From: an uncultured Chloroflexia bacterium
GTDB lineage: Bacteria > Chloroflexota > Dormibacteria > Aeolococcales > Aeolococcaceae
Length of the DNA: 64,000 bases
Direction: 5' to 3'
Assembly (NCBI GenBank): GCA_963803165.1
Contig: CAWDLK010000003.1
Coordinates: 42,513-106,512 of the forward strand
Position 1 is the first letter of the stretch, and every line of letters begins with the position of its first letter. Positions 26,014-34,402 of this stretch are shown here, in pieces. The notes under the pieces were generated by a model. It ran no database searches. It saw nothing but the letters and a program-made list of their open reading frames with translations, and had not been told where the DNA came from. The translations under genes were made by a program, and so were the position numbers.

Positions 26014-27468
26014 CTACTCGCCCTTCAGGCGCTTGCGGATCTCGGTCAGCCGCGCCGCGATGGCCGCCTCGGCGCCGCGCCCCCCCGGCTGGTAGTAGGT
26101 CCGCCCGACGAGCCGGTCGGGGAGGTGCTGCTGCTCGGCCACGCCATCCGGCTCGTCGTGCGCGTAACGGTACCCTGCACCGAAGCCCATCGACCGCCCC
26201 AGGGCGGTGACCGCATTGCGGAGGTGGAGCGGCACCGGCTCGTGGAGGGTGTCGAGCACGTCCTGCCGCGCGGCACCGTAGGCTCGGAGCGCGGAGTTGC
26301 TCTTGGGGGCGACGGCCAGGTAGAGGGTCGCCTCGGCGAGCGGCAGGTACCCCTCGGGCATGCCCACGAAGTGCGCCGCCTGCTGCGCGGCCACCGCAAC
26401 CGAGAGCGCCCCGGGATCGGCCAGGCCGACGTCCTCGGCGGCCAGCACCACCAGCCGGCGGGCCACGAAGAGCGGGTCCTCCCCCGCCTCCAGCATGCGC
26501 GCCAGCCAGTAGATCGCGGCGTCGGGGTCCGAGCCGCGGATGGACTTGATGAAGGCGGAGATCAGCCAGTAGTGCTGGTCACCCGCCCTGTCATAGAGGA
26601 GTGCGGGCGACTGCAGGGCGCCCTCGACGTCGGCGACGGCGACACTGTCGCCGCCCCGCTGGGCGACCGCGACCACCGCCAGCTCCAGGGCGTCGAGCGC
26701 CACCCGCGCATCTCCCCCCGAGAGGCCGACCAGGCGCGCCTCGGCCGCGGGCTCCAGCCCCACCCGCTTCCCGCCCAGGCCGCGCTCACCGTCCTCGAGG
26801 GCCCGGTGCACCAGAGTGCGGAGCGCCGTCTCGTCGAGCGCCTCGAGCCGGACCACCCGGGCCCGGGAGAGCAGGGCGGCGTTGACCTCGAAGCTGGGGT
26901 TCTCGGTGGTCGCGCCGAGGAGCTGGACGAGGCCACTCTCGACATGGGGGAGCACCGCGTCCTGCTGGCCCTTGTTGAAGCGGTGGATCTCGTCGATGAA
27001 GAGGACGGTGCGGCGGCCGAGGCGGCGGCGCTCCCGCGCGCGGGCGACGATCTGACGCAGGTCGGCGACGCCGGCGGCGACCGCGCTCACATGCTCGAAG
27101 CTGGCCCGGCTCCTCGCCGCGAGGAGCATGGCGAGCGTCGTCTTGCCGCTGCCCGGAGGGCCCCAGAGGATGAGGGAGGGGAGCTGATCCGCCTCCACCG
27201 CCTCGCGCAGGACGCTGCCGGGACCGATCACCGCGTCCTGTCCCACCAGCTCCTCGAGGCTGCGCGGGCGCATCCGCGTGGCGAGCGGGGCGGACGGCCC
27301 CACGGGGTCCACCGGTGACGGCCCGGAGCCCGCCCCCGCGGGCGGGTCGCCCCGGGCAGCCCCACGCACGGCGGCCGGCTCCCCGCCCTCGCCCGGGACA
27401 TCCCCGAAGAGGTCATCCTGGGCGGAGGGCGGGTCAGTCATGGCCGCGGAACCATCCGAGCGCGGCAC
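26014..27468 (-). CDS. rarA: replication-associated recombination protein A (AAA ATPase RarA/MgsA)
   Basis: Walker [14 protein letters not shown], Walker [12 protein letters not shown], MgsA C-terminal helical domain; low-complexity N-terminal extension so start uncertain. Confidence 0.9.
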   Translation of the reverse strand: MPRSDGSAAMTDPPSAQDDLFGDVPGEGGEPAAVRGAARGDPPAGAGSGPSPVDPVGPSAPLATRMRPRSLEELVGQDAVIGPGSVLREAVEADQLPSLILWGPPGSGKTTLAMLLAARSRASFEHVSAVAAGVADLRQIVARARERRRLGRRTVLFIDEIHRFNKGQQDAVLPHVESGLVQLLGATTENPSFEVNAALLSRARVVRLEALDETALRTLVHRALEDGERGLGGKRVGLEPAAEARLVGLSGGDARVALDALELAVVAVAQRGGDSVAVADVEGALQSPALLYDRAGDQHYWLISAFIKSIRGSDPDAAIYWLARMLEAGEDPLFVARRLVVLAAEDVGLADPGALSVAVAAQQAAHFVGMPEGYLPLAEATLYLAVAPKSNSALRAYGAARQDVLDTLHEPVPLHLRNAVTALGRSMGFGAGYRYAHDEPDGVAEQQHLPDRLVGRTYYQPGGRGAEAAIAARLTEIRKRLKGE

Positions 27469-27489
27469 CGCGAGCTGCGCAGGACGGGA

Positions 27490-28449
27490 TCACCTCCCGG
27501 CTGGCGGCCCCTGGACGGCCGGGGCCTGCACCACCTCGCCGCCCGACGGCACGGCGCCGAGGACGCTCCGGATCGCCTGCGCCGCCCCCATCAGGGCCGA
27601 CGACTCCGCCGGGACCACGATGGTGGTGTTGTCGCTGTCCGCGAACTTGCTCAGGGTGTCCAGCTGAAGGATGGCCACCAGGGTGGGATCGGGAGCGGCG
27701 CTCTTGATGGCCTCGTACACGGTGCTGATCGCCTTGCCACGGCCCTCGGCCTCCAGGATCGCCGCCTGCCGCGCGCCCTCGGCGCGGAGGATGGTGGCCT
27801 GCCGCTCGCCCTCCGCCTGCTTGATCGCCGCCTGCCGGTTGCCCTCGGCGATGTTGATCGACTGCTGCTGCTGGCCCTCGGACTGGAGGATGCGAGCCCG
27901 CTTCTCCTGGTCGGCCTGCTTCTGCAGGGCCATGGCCTGGAGGATCTGAGCGGGGGGGCTGATGTCGACGATCTCGATCCGGTTGATCCGGATCCCCCAC
28001 TTGTCGGTGACCTGCTCCATCTGCTGCTGCATACCCGCGTTGATCCGCTCGCGCTGGGAGAGAGCGTCGTCCAGGGAGACGTTGCCGAATGCGTTGCGGA
28101 GCGTGGTGCGCGCCTGCTGATCGATGGCGATGAAGTAGTCGGAGACGTTGAACAGCGCCGCCTTGGCGTCGATCACCTGGCTGAAGATGGTGGCGTTGAC
28201 GGCGACGGCCACGTTGTCCCGGGTGATGACCTCCTGCCGGTCCCCGGTGCGGGGGGTCTCGCGCATGTCGACCCGGACCAGCTGGTCGAAGAAGGGCCAG
28301 ATCAGGGTGATCCCCGACCCTGCCTCTCGGTGGTAGCGGCCAAACCTCGTGATCACCCCCATGAAACCCTGCTGGATCCGGTTCACGGCGGTGCCGAGCC
28401 CGACCAGCAGGAGGAGGACGACGACAGCGGCGGCGATGATCAGCCCCAT
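27490..28449 (-). CDS. SPFH/band-7 (stomatin/HflC-like) membrane protein
   Basis: N-terminal TM then SPFH core (ITRDNVAVAVNATIF...), coiled-coil Q/A/E-rich region. Confidence 0.85.
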   Translation of the reverse strand: MGLIIAAAVVVLLLLVGLGTAVNRIQQGFMGVITRFGRYHREAGSGITLIWPFFDQLVRVDMRETPRTGDRQEVITRDNVAVAVNATIFSQVIDAKAALFNVSDYFIAIDQQARTTLRNAFGNVSLDDALSQRERINAGMQQQMEQVTDKWGIRINRIEIVDISPPAQILQAMALQKQADQEKRARILQSEGQQQQSINIAEGNRQAAIKQAEGERQATILRAEGARQAAILEAEGRGKAISTVYEAIKSAAPDPTLVAILQLDTLSKFADSDNTTIVVPAESSALMGAAQAIRSVLGAVPSGGEVVQAPAVQGPPAGR

Positions 28450-28495
28450 GGATCAGCTCCTCAGATGTGGGCCGGAATCACCAGCGCAAACCGGC

Positions 28496-28957
28496 CTATG
28501 TCTCACGAGGCGCGCCGCTGGCGCGCACCAGGAGTGTCGTGCCCCGCACCGCGGCGACGACCACCGCCGTATCGGGTGAGAGCGGTTGGGCGCTGTCGGT
28601 GATCGCCAGCCACCGCTCGTTGGCGAGCAGGGCGTGGCCGGGATGGTGCTCGTCGCCCACGGTGTCGACGGTCATGGCGCGGGCGCCCACCAGCCCGCCG
28701 GCGAGCCCCGGGAATCGATAGGGGGCGGCGAGGCGTCCCTCCATCGCATGCTTCAGGAGCGGACGCACGGCGAACACCCCGGCGACGGCGGCGGCGGCCC
28801 CCAGCAGCACCTGGATGTAGAGGGCCAGCCCAAAGGCACCGAGGACGGCCGCCACCACCGCGCCCACCGCCACGAAGAGCAGATAGAACGCCTGGGTGTG
28901 GACCTCCCCCGCGGCGAGCAGCACCGCCATGATGAGCCAGAAGATCCACCACTCCAT
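28496..28957 (-). CDS. NfeD-family membrane protein (stomatin operon partner)
   Basis: Three TM helices (WWIFWLIMAVLLAAGE..., FYLLFVAVGAVVAAVLGAF...) followed by a beta-rich C-terminal domain; directly upstream of the SPFH gene; start moved to MEWWIF. Confidence 0.7.
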   Translation of the reverse strand: MEWWIFWLIMAVLLAAGEVHTQAFYLLFVAVGAVVAAVLGAFGLALYIQVLLGAAAAVAGVFAVRPLLKHAMEGRLAAPYRFPGLAGGLVGARAMTVDTVGDEHHPGHALLANERWLAITDSAQPLSPDTAVVVAAVRGTTLLVRASGAPRET

Positions 28958-29052
28958 TGACGGGGAAGTGTAGTCCTCCGGGGAGCCCCCCAAACCTCGC
29001 CGATCGCGCCTGGCGCCGCGCTCCCTCCTGGATCAGAGTACGATCCCGTGCC

Positions 29053-29337
29053 ATGAAGGGTGACCGGGTCGAGATCGTCATCGACACCGGTGGGTCGGCG
29101 GAGACCTACGAGATCGTCGCCACCCGCGAGGGGCGCAAGGTCGAGGTCAACACCGTGCGCGGCGTGGTGGAGGTGAGCGAGGTCACTCGCTCGGGCCAGC
29201 CGGTGCGCACCGGGCGCTTCATGGCCAGCAGGGTGATCGCCCTGGTCGAGCATCCGGCGAGTGACGAGGCGGCGGTCCCGGAGGGATCCGCGAGGCCTCG
29301 GCCGGCCAGGACCGAGCAGAGCGAGACGCTCCTCTGA
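29053..29337 (+). CDS. hypothetical small protein
   Basis: MKGDRVEIVIDTGGSAETYEIVATREG... plausible composition after the internal Met; no clear RBS. Confidence 0.3.
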   Translation: MKGDRVEIVIDTGGSAETYEIVATREGRKVEVNTVRGVVEVSEVTRSGQPVRTGRFMASRVIALVEHPASDEAAVPEGSARPRPARTEQSETLL

Positions 29338-29386
29338 CAGGCGGACGTAAACTCCGCCCCGAGCCCTCTCCAACGCCAGGAGGTCG

Positions 29387-29713
29387 TTGCCGATGAACAC
29401 CGTCCCCGAGATCTTCGACGAGGTCAACGCCCGGTTGACCGACCCCGCCAAGGTGGGTGGCACCAACGCCGCGTACCAGTTCGACCTCACCGGTGACGAC
29501 GGTGGCCCCTACCACATCGTGCTCAAGGACGGGAAAGGGGAGGCGGGCGCGGGGACGGTCGAGAACCCCAACACGACGATCTCGATGTCGGCCGGTGACT
29601 TCGTGGGTCTGGCGACGGGGAAGCTCGACCCGACTATGGCCTTCATGACCGGCAAGCTGAAGGTCAGGGGCGACATGGCCCTCGCCATGAAGCTCCAGAA
29701 CCTGCTCCGCTAG
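29387..29713 (+). CDS. SCP2 sterol-binding domain protein
   Basis: 108 aa; C-terminal MAFMTGKLKVRGDMALAMKLQNL typical of the SCP-2 fold; RBS CAGGAGG upstream. Confidence 0.8.
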   Translation: MPMNTVPEIFDEVNARLTDPAKVGGTNAAYQFDLTGDDGGPYHIVLKDGKGEAGAGTVENPNTTISMSAGDFVGLATGKLDPTMAFMTGKLKVRGDMALAMKLQNLLR

Positions 29714-29751
29714 CCGCCGCTGCGCGTCCAGCACGCCGAACGACCCTCCGG

Positions 29752-30087
29752 ATGCCGATCCCCGCACCCGACCGCACCCGGCCGCTCCGCTTCGATTACG
29801 ACGAGACCCGCCGGGCTCTGCTTGTCGAATGGGGAGACGGGACGATCCATCGCATCCCCTTCGCGGTGCTGCGGCGCGCCTGCCCCTGCGCGGTGTGCGC
29901 GGGCGAGATGGGGTCTCCGGGACGCTTCGCCGCCGAGCCCGAGCTGGGCGCCGGCGAGGACGACCTGGCCGACATCGGGCTGGTGGGAGCGTACGGCCTC
30001 AACGCCGTCTGGGCGGACGGGCATTCCACCGGCATCTACACCTTCGAGCGGCTCCGCGAGCTGGGCGAGAAGGCCGGGGTGACCTAG
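29752..30087 (+). CDS. DUF971 family protein (gamma-butyrobetaine hydroxylase-like N-terminal domain)
   Basis: LRRACPCAVCAGE Cys-cluster motif and LVEWGDG/HSTGIY pattern of DUF971. Confidence 0.75.
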   Translation: MPIPAPDRTRPLRFDYDETRRALLVEWGDGTIHRIPFAVLRRACPCAVCAGEMGSPGRFAAEPELGAGEDDLADIGLVGAYGLNAVWADGHSTGIYTFERLRELGEKAGVT

Positions 30088-30093
30088 CCGGGC

Positions 30094-30888
30094 ATGGGGG
30101 ACGCGACCTCCTCCCCTCCCCTGCTCGCCGCTCTCGACGGCGCGGTCCTCCTCCTCACCCTCAACCGGCCTGCCACGCTCAACAGCCTGACCTCCGAGCT
30201 GCTGGCGGCTCTGGGCCGGGTGCTCGACGAGGACGCCGCCGAGCCCGCGGTCCGGGCGGTGGTCATCACCGGCGCCGGCCGCGGTTTCTGCTCCGGCCAG
30301 GACCTGGCCGAGCTGCCCGACCGGGTGAGCGGCGTCGACGTCCGCGCCCGGCTGACGGCCGACTATCTGCCCGTTGTCCAGGCGATCGCGACCCTGGAGA
30401 AGCCGGTGCTCGCGGCGGTGAACGGGGTGGCCGCGGGAGCCGGCTTGGCCCTGGCCCTGGCCTGCGACCTCCGGCTGGCCGCCGAGACGGCGACGTTCGT
30501 CCAGGCCTTCGTCCGCCGTGGCCTGGTCCCTGACGCAGGCGCCAGCTACTTCCTGCCCCGGCTGGTCGGCCTGGGACGGGCGCTGGAGCTGACCCTGCTC
30601 GGGGACCCCGTCTCGGCGGCGGACGCCGATCGGATCGGCCTGGTCAACCGGGTGGTCCCCGACGCGGAGCTGATGCCGGCCGCTCTCGAGCTCGCCGCGC
30701 GCCTCGCGGCCGGGGCCCGGTCGGTCGGGCTCGCCAAGCGGCTGCTCCGCCAGAGCATGGGGGCGTCGCTCACGCAGCAGTCTGCCCGGGAGGCGGACAC
30801 CCAGGCCGAGGCGGTGGCCACCGAGGACTTCGCCGAGGGGCTCGCCGCCTTCCGGGAGAAGCGCCCACCGCGGTTCCGTGGGCGCTAG
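30094..30888 (+). CDS. enoyl-CoA hydratase/isomerase (crotonase) family protein
   Basis: AVVITGAGRGFCSGQDL oxyanion-hole motif, AAVNGVAAGAGLALALACDLRLA second motif. Confidence 0.88.
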   Translation: MGDATSSPPLLAALDGAVLLLTLNRPATLNSLTSELLAALGRVLDEDAAEPAVRAVVITGAGRGFCSGQDLAELPDRVSGVDVRARLTADYLPVVQAIATLEKPVLAAVNGVAAGAGLALALACDLRLAAETATFVQAFVRRGLVPDAGASYFLPRLVGLGRALELTLLGDPVSAADADRIGLVNRVVPDAELMPAALELAARLAAGARSVGLAKRLLRQSMGASLTQQSAREADTQAEAVATEDFAEGLAAFREKRPPRFRGR

Positions 30889-30924
30889 GGGCGATCCGAG
30901 GCTCGCGGTATACTTCGCCCTCGC

Positions 30925-30999
30925 GCGGGAGTAGCTCAGTGGTAGAGCACTACCTTGCCAAGGTAGGGGTCACGGGTTCGAGCCCCGCCTCCCGCTCCA
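30925..30999 (+). tRNA. tRNA-Gly (anticodon GCC), CCA encoded
   Basis: GCGGGAGTAGCTCAGTGGTAGAGCACTACCTTGCCAAGGTAGGGGTCACGGGTTCGAGCCCCGCCTCCCGCTCCA; anticodon loop TTGCCAA; 7-bp acceptor GCGGGAG/CTCCCGC. Confidence 0.9.
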
Positions 31000-31159
31000 G
31001 CCCCCTTCGCTCCGACGTGGTGGCCTGGCCTCACCCGGCCGGATGGCGAGACCGGTTGAGGGCCCCCTGTGCGGCACGCCCGAGTTCATTGAAGTCCGGC
31101 CATGCAGCCCTGGCCGCCTCGGCTGCCTCTTGAGCCCCCGGAGTGTCGCGCAACATCGA

Positions 31160-32358
31160 TGCCGTGTAACCGCACTGGGGGTCAGACCGCGCCAACTCAA
31201 TGAGGTGGTCGTTGAAGCGTCCGCCCCACATCCGAAACACGTCCTCCAGTGGCCCACAGCCGAGGCGATCTAGTGTCCCGTACCGGAGATTCGTAGACAA
31301 ACCGTTCGATGCTGGCCAGGATCTCGTCAGCGCTCGTGACCCAGACGAAGGGGTGCGGGTCGGCGTTGCAGGTGGCGAGATAGAGGCGGATGTCGTCCTC
31401 CAGGGCCCGGGTGCTGCGGTGCACGCCACGGCGCAGCTGCTTGCGGGTCAGCTCTGCGAACCAGCGCTCGACCTGGTTGATCCACGACGAGTAGGTCGGG
31501 GTGAAGTGGAGCTGAAAGCGCGGGTGCTGCAGCAGCCAGCGCTGGATCGACGCCGTCTTGTGGGTGCTCAGGTTGTCCAGCACCAGGTGGAGGTCGAAGT
31601 CCTCGGGCACCTCCTGGTCGATGCGGTCGAGGAAGCTGCGGAACTCGACGGCCCGGTGCCGGCGACGGACCTGGCCGATCACCTTGCCGGTGGCGACATC
31701 GAGAGCGGCGAACAGCGAGGTGGTGCCGTGCCGCCGGTGGTCGTGGGTCTGGCGCTCCACCTGACCCGGCCCCATGGGCGGCATCGGCTGAGTGCGGTCC
31801 AGGGCCTGGATCTGGGTCTTCTCGTCGACGCACAGCACCAGGGCGCGGTCGGGGGGGTTGAGGTAGAGACCGACGATGTCGCGCACCTTCTCGATCAGCT
31901 GCGGGTCGGTGGAGAGCTTGAAGTGCTCGCTGCGGTGCGGCTGCAAGCCGAAGGCCCGCCAGATCCGCTGCACGCTGGTGTGGCTGAGCCCGCTCGACCC
32001 CGCCATCGACCGGGTGCTCCAGTGGGTGGCGTCGCGGGGCGTCGACTCCAAGGTCTTCACCACCACCGCCTCGACCTGGTCATCGCTGATCTTGCGGGGG
32101 ACGCCACTGCGCGGCTCGTCGAGGAGGCCGGCCACCCCACGGCTGATGAACCGGGACCGCCACTTGCCGACCGTGGCGTTGGTGACCTGCAGCTCCTCGG
32201 CCACCGGGGTGTTGGTCACGCCGCCGGCACAGCGGAGCACGATGCGCGAGCGCAAGGCCAATCCCTGCGCCGTGGTGCGCCGCCGGGCGAAGCGCTGGAG
32301 CGTCCGCTGGTCCTCCGGGGTGACCACGAGCGGAGCCTTGGGACGACCTCGGGTGGTC
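31160..32358. mobile_element. IS630-family insertion sequence (boundaries approximate), inserted into an older IS630 copy
   Basis: Encloses an intact IS630-type transposase; the right end abuts a truncated paralogous transposase fragment; IRs not resolved by eye. Confidence 0.45.
31197..32327 (-). CDS. IS630 family transposase (HTH + DDE)
   Basis: 376 aa; N-terminal HTH region, [17 protein letters not shown]-region [24 protein letters not shown], typical of IS630/Tc1-mariner. Confidence 0.85.
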   Translation of the reverse strand: MVTPEDQRTLQRFARRRTTAQGLALRSRIVLRCAGGVTNTPVAEELQVTNATVGKWRSRFISRGVAGLLDEPRSGVPRKISDDQVEAVVVKTLESTPRDATHWSTRSMAGSSGLSHTSVQRIWRAFGLQPHRSEHFKLSTDPQLIEKVRDIVGLYLNPPDRALVLCVDEKTQIQALDRTQPMPPMGPGQVERQTHDHRRHGTTSLFAALDVATGKVIGQVRRRHRAVEFRSFLDRIDQEVPEDFDLHLVLDNLSTHKTASIQRWLLQHPRFQLHFTPTYSSWINQVERWFAELTRKQLRRGVHRSTRALEDDIRLYLATCNADPHPFVWVTSADEILASIERFVYESPVRDTRSPRLWATGGRVSDVGRTLQRPPH

Positions 32359-32610
32359 TTGGGTGGCGGCGCCCTTGGGCACCTCCCGGTCGATGCGACG
32401 GATGAATCGCAGAACCTCGTCGTGCCGATGCCGAGGCAGACATTGGCCGATGACCGTGCCGGTCAGCACGTCGAGGGCGGCGAAGAGGGTGGTGGTCCCG
32501 TTGCGCTTGTAGTCGGGGGTCAAAGTGCCGGCCCGCCCCGACTTCATCGGCAGGGTGGGTTGGGTACGGTCGGGCGCCTGAATCTGCGACTTCTCGTCCA
32601 TGCAGAGCAC
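32350..32610 (-). pseudogene. truncated IS630-family transposase fragment (middle portion only)
   Basis: Translation [18 protein letters not shown]...[19 protein letters not shown]...RIDREVPKG is paralogous to the central part of the intact IS630 transposase; frame decays where the intact IS begins. Confidence 0.6.
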
Positions 32611-32626
32611 GACAGCTTGCCACCTG

Positions 32627-32656
32627 TCGCCTTTGTGATATATACTGCCGATCTAG
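32627..32656 (+). promoter_or_regulatory. sigma70-like promoter upstream of vapB (TTGCCA -35, TATATA/TATACT -10) in an AT-richer patch
   Basis: ttgccacctgtcgcctttgtgatatatact read directly; spacer 16-18 nt; followed by RBS CAGGAGG and vapB ATG at 32681. Confidence 0.35.
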
Positions 32657-32680
32657 ATCATCCACCTCAGGAGGCTCCCA

Positions 32681-32923
32681 ATGTCGGACACCGGCATCGC
32701 CAAGCTATTTCGCAACGGGCGGAGCCAGGCGGTTCGGCTACCGCAGCAGTTCCGATTCAGCGGTGACCAGGTCCGCGTCCGCCGCGTCGGGAGCGCCGTC
32801 ATCCTCGAACCGATCCTGAGTCCCGAGAGCTGGTTCGCGGAGCTCGACCGCCTCGGACCGGAGCCATTCATGGTCGAGGGTCGGGATCAACCGCCGACAC
32901 CGCCCGGCCGCGACCTGTCGTGA
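32681..32923 (+). CDS. vapB: VapB antitoxin (AbrB/MazE/SpoVT-fold)
   Basis: IAKLFRNGRSQAVRLPQQFRFSGDQVRVRRVGSAVILEP matches the swapped-hairpin antitoxin N-terminus; ATGA overlap with vapC. Confidence 0.8.
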   Translation: MSDTGIAKLFRNGRSQAVRLPQQFRFSGDQVRVRRVGSAVILEPILSPESWFAELDRLGPEPFMVEGRDQPPTPPGRDLS

Positions 32924-33330
32924 GTTACTTGCTCGATACGAATGCCTGCATCGCCCTCATCAACGGGAGACCAACGGCGGTGAGGCGACGATTCGAGGAG
33001 GCGAGCCAGGCGGCAGCCCGGATCTCCACGTCGTCGGTGGTCACCTTCGAACTCTGGTACGGTGTGGCGAAGAGTGCTCGACCCGAAGCCAACGCGGATC
33101 GGCTCGTGACGTTTCTAGCGGGGCCCGTCGACGTCATCGACTTCGATGACGACGATGCGCAGGCGGCCGGACAGGTCCGCGCCTCGTTGGAGGCGGCGGG
33201 AACCCCGATCGGCGCCTACGATGTGTTGATCGGCGGTCAGGCGCTGCGGCGCGGCGCCACCCTGGTGACGGCCAACACCGACGAGTTCCGCCGGATCGCC
33301 GGCCTCTCTTGGGAGGACTGGGGCGCGTGA
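32920..33330 (+). CDS. vapC: VapC toxin (PIN-domain ribonuclease)
   Basis: MSYLLDTNACIALI N-terminus, conserved acidic residues (D6, E44 region, D...TANTDEFRR); 136 aa. Confidence 0.85.
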   Translation: MSYLLDTNACIALINGRPTAVRRRFEEASQAAARISTSSVVTFELWYGVAKSARPEANADRLVTFLAGPVDVIDFDDDDAQAAGQVRASLEAAGTPIGAYDVLIGGQALRRGATLVTANTDEFRRIAGLSWEDWGA

Positions 33331-33494
33331 CTCGCCTTCGCTGACCTCGACAGCGGCACCGGCTGTGACCCCCACGAGAACCAGACCATCGTGGACCCCT
33401 AGGGCCATGGGGGCCACGACTTGTGAAATGAGGCAGAGCGCGGGTCGCCCGAGGACAATCCGCGTTCGGAAACGGCCGAAAGACCCGCTCCCTT

Positions 33495-33541
33495 CTTGCC
33501 AAGGTAGGGGGTCACGGGTTCGAGCCCCGCTTCCCGCTCCA
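33495..33541 (+). repeat. 47-nt degenerate direct repeat of the 3' end of tRNA-Gly (anticodon loop to CCA): att-type island boundary
   Basis: cttgccaaggtagggggtcacgggttcgagccccgcttcccgctcca vs tRNA-Gly 3' part (one extra g, one C>T); ~40 nt upstream of it is also similar to the region upstream of the second copy at 34346. Confidence 0.8.
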
Positions 33542-33617
33542 GCCTCCTCGAGGCGAGTTCAGATGACCCCGTCGAGGGCGCCCCGGAAGAACGCAGGATG
33601 CGCACACGCTCCTCTCG

Positions 33618-33887
33618 TCACGGCTGATCTCCGTAATGGTACCGAGCCTGGAGGACGACGATGTCCTCGCCCTCAATCAGGTACACGAGCCGGTGCTCGT
33701 CGTCGATCCGGCGCGACCAGCATCCCTGAAGGACGTGTCGCAGTTGCTCGGGCTTGCCGATACCCGTGAATGGATCCCGGGTGACGTCCTGAAGCAACCG
33801 GTGGATCCTCTTCACCGTCGTGCGGTCCGTCGACTGCCAGTAGAGATAGTCTTCCCATCCGTGCGGGGTGAAGACCAGCCGCATCAC
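33618..33887 (-). CDS. yoeB: YoeB/Txe family toxin (type II TA, mRNA interferase)
   Basis: 89 aa; MMRLVFTPHGWEDYLYWQ...KRIHRLLQDVTRDPFTGIGKPEQLRHVLQGCWSRRIDDEHRLVY...ARYHY matches the YoeB consensus. Confidence 0.85.
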   Translation of the reverse strand: MMRLVFTPHGWEDYLYWQSTDRTTVKRIHRLLQDVTRDPFTGIGKPEQLRHVLQGCWSRRIDDEHRLVYLIEGEDIVVLQARYHYGDQP

Positions 33888-34132
33888 GCCAGCTCGTACG
33901 CTTGCCGGTCCTCCGCTCGGGCCTGTTCCAGGCTCTCCAGTAGCCTCCTGGCGTTCGCCGGGACCCTAAGCAGATATGCCGTCGCTTCGAGGGCGTCGTA
34001 GTCGGCTCGGGCCATCAGCACGGCATCGCCCCGCTTGGAGGTGATCTCCACTGGCTGACGATCGTTGTTGACCTGTTCGATCAGAGGAAACAGGTTCCTC
34101 CGTGCGTCGCTGGCGGTTACAACCATATCCAT
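33884..34132 (-). CDS. yefM: YefM/Phd family antitoxin
   Basis: MDMVVTASDARRNLFPLIEQVNNDRQPVEITSKRGDAVLMARADYDALEATAYLLRVPANARRLLESL; stop overlaps yoeB start (ATGA); start moved to the internal Met because the track N-terminus is Gly-rich non-protein-like. Confidence 0.75.
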   Translation of the reverse strand: MDMVVTASDARRNLFPLIEQVNNDRQPVEITSKRGDAVLMARADYDALEATAYLLRVPANARRLLESLEQARAEDRQAYELA

Positions 34133-34345
34133 GCCCTCTTGACTGGTACAGGATATGGTACCACTCGATAGCCCGGAGCGGAGCTCTCGGAGGTTGGGAG
34201 GGGCTCCCCAGCGACGCCCCCCACCGTGACCCTCAACCATTCCAAGACCCCGCTCCCCGTCGGGTCGCGATGGGTGAAATGAAGGCGCGCTGGAATCCTC
34301 AGGGGGCAGCCTCGGGTTCGGAGCCGTGCCGAAACGCCCGCGCCT

Positions 34346-34372
34346 CTTGCCAAGGTAGGGTCACGGGTTCGA
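34346..34372 (+). repeat. second, shorter degenerate copy of tRNA-Gly 3'-half (anticodon loop to T-arm): relic att site
   Basis: cttgccaaggtagggtcacgggttcga matches tRNA-Gly 30952..30980 with one g missing; upstream ~60 nt resembles the sequence upstream of the 33495 repeat. Confidence 0.6.
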
Positions 34373-34402
34373 CGGCACACTTCGCGGATGTCTCGGATCC
34401 CC

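Noticed and set aside
24798-27318. Plus-strand ORFs 24798..26210 and 25873..27318
   Set aside because: Antisense to DUF929 and rarA. Translations are RG/RP-rich.
31031-31429. 132-aa minus ORF between tRNA-Gly and IS630
   Set aside because: Only the C-terminal ~75 codons look protein-like and the upstream part overlaps the IS630 transposase. It may be a gene remnant truncated by the IS. Too uncertain to annotate.
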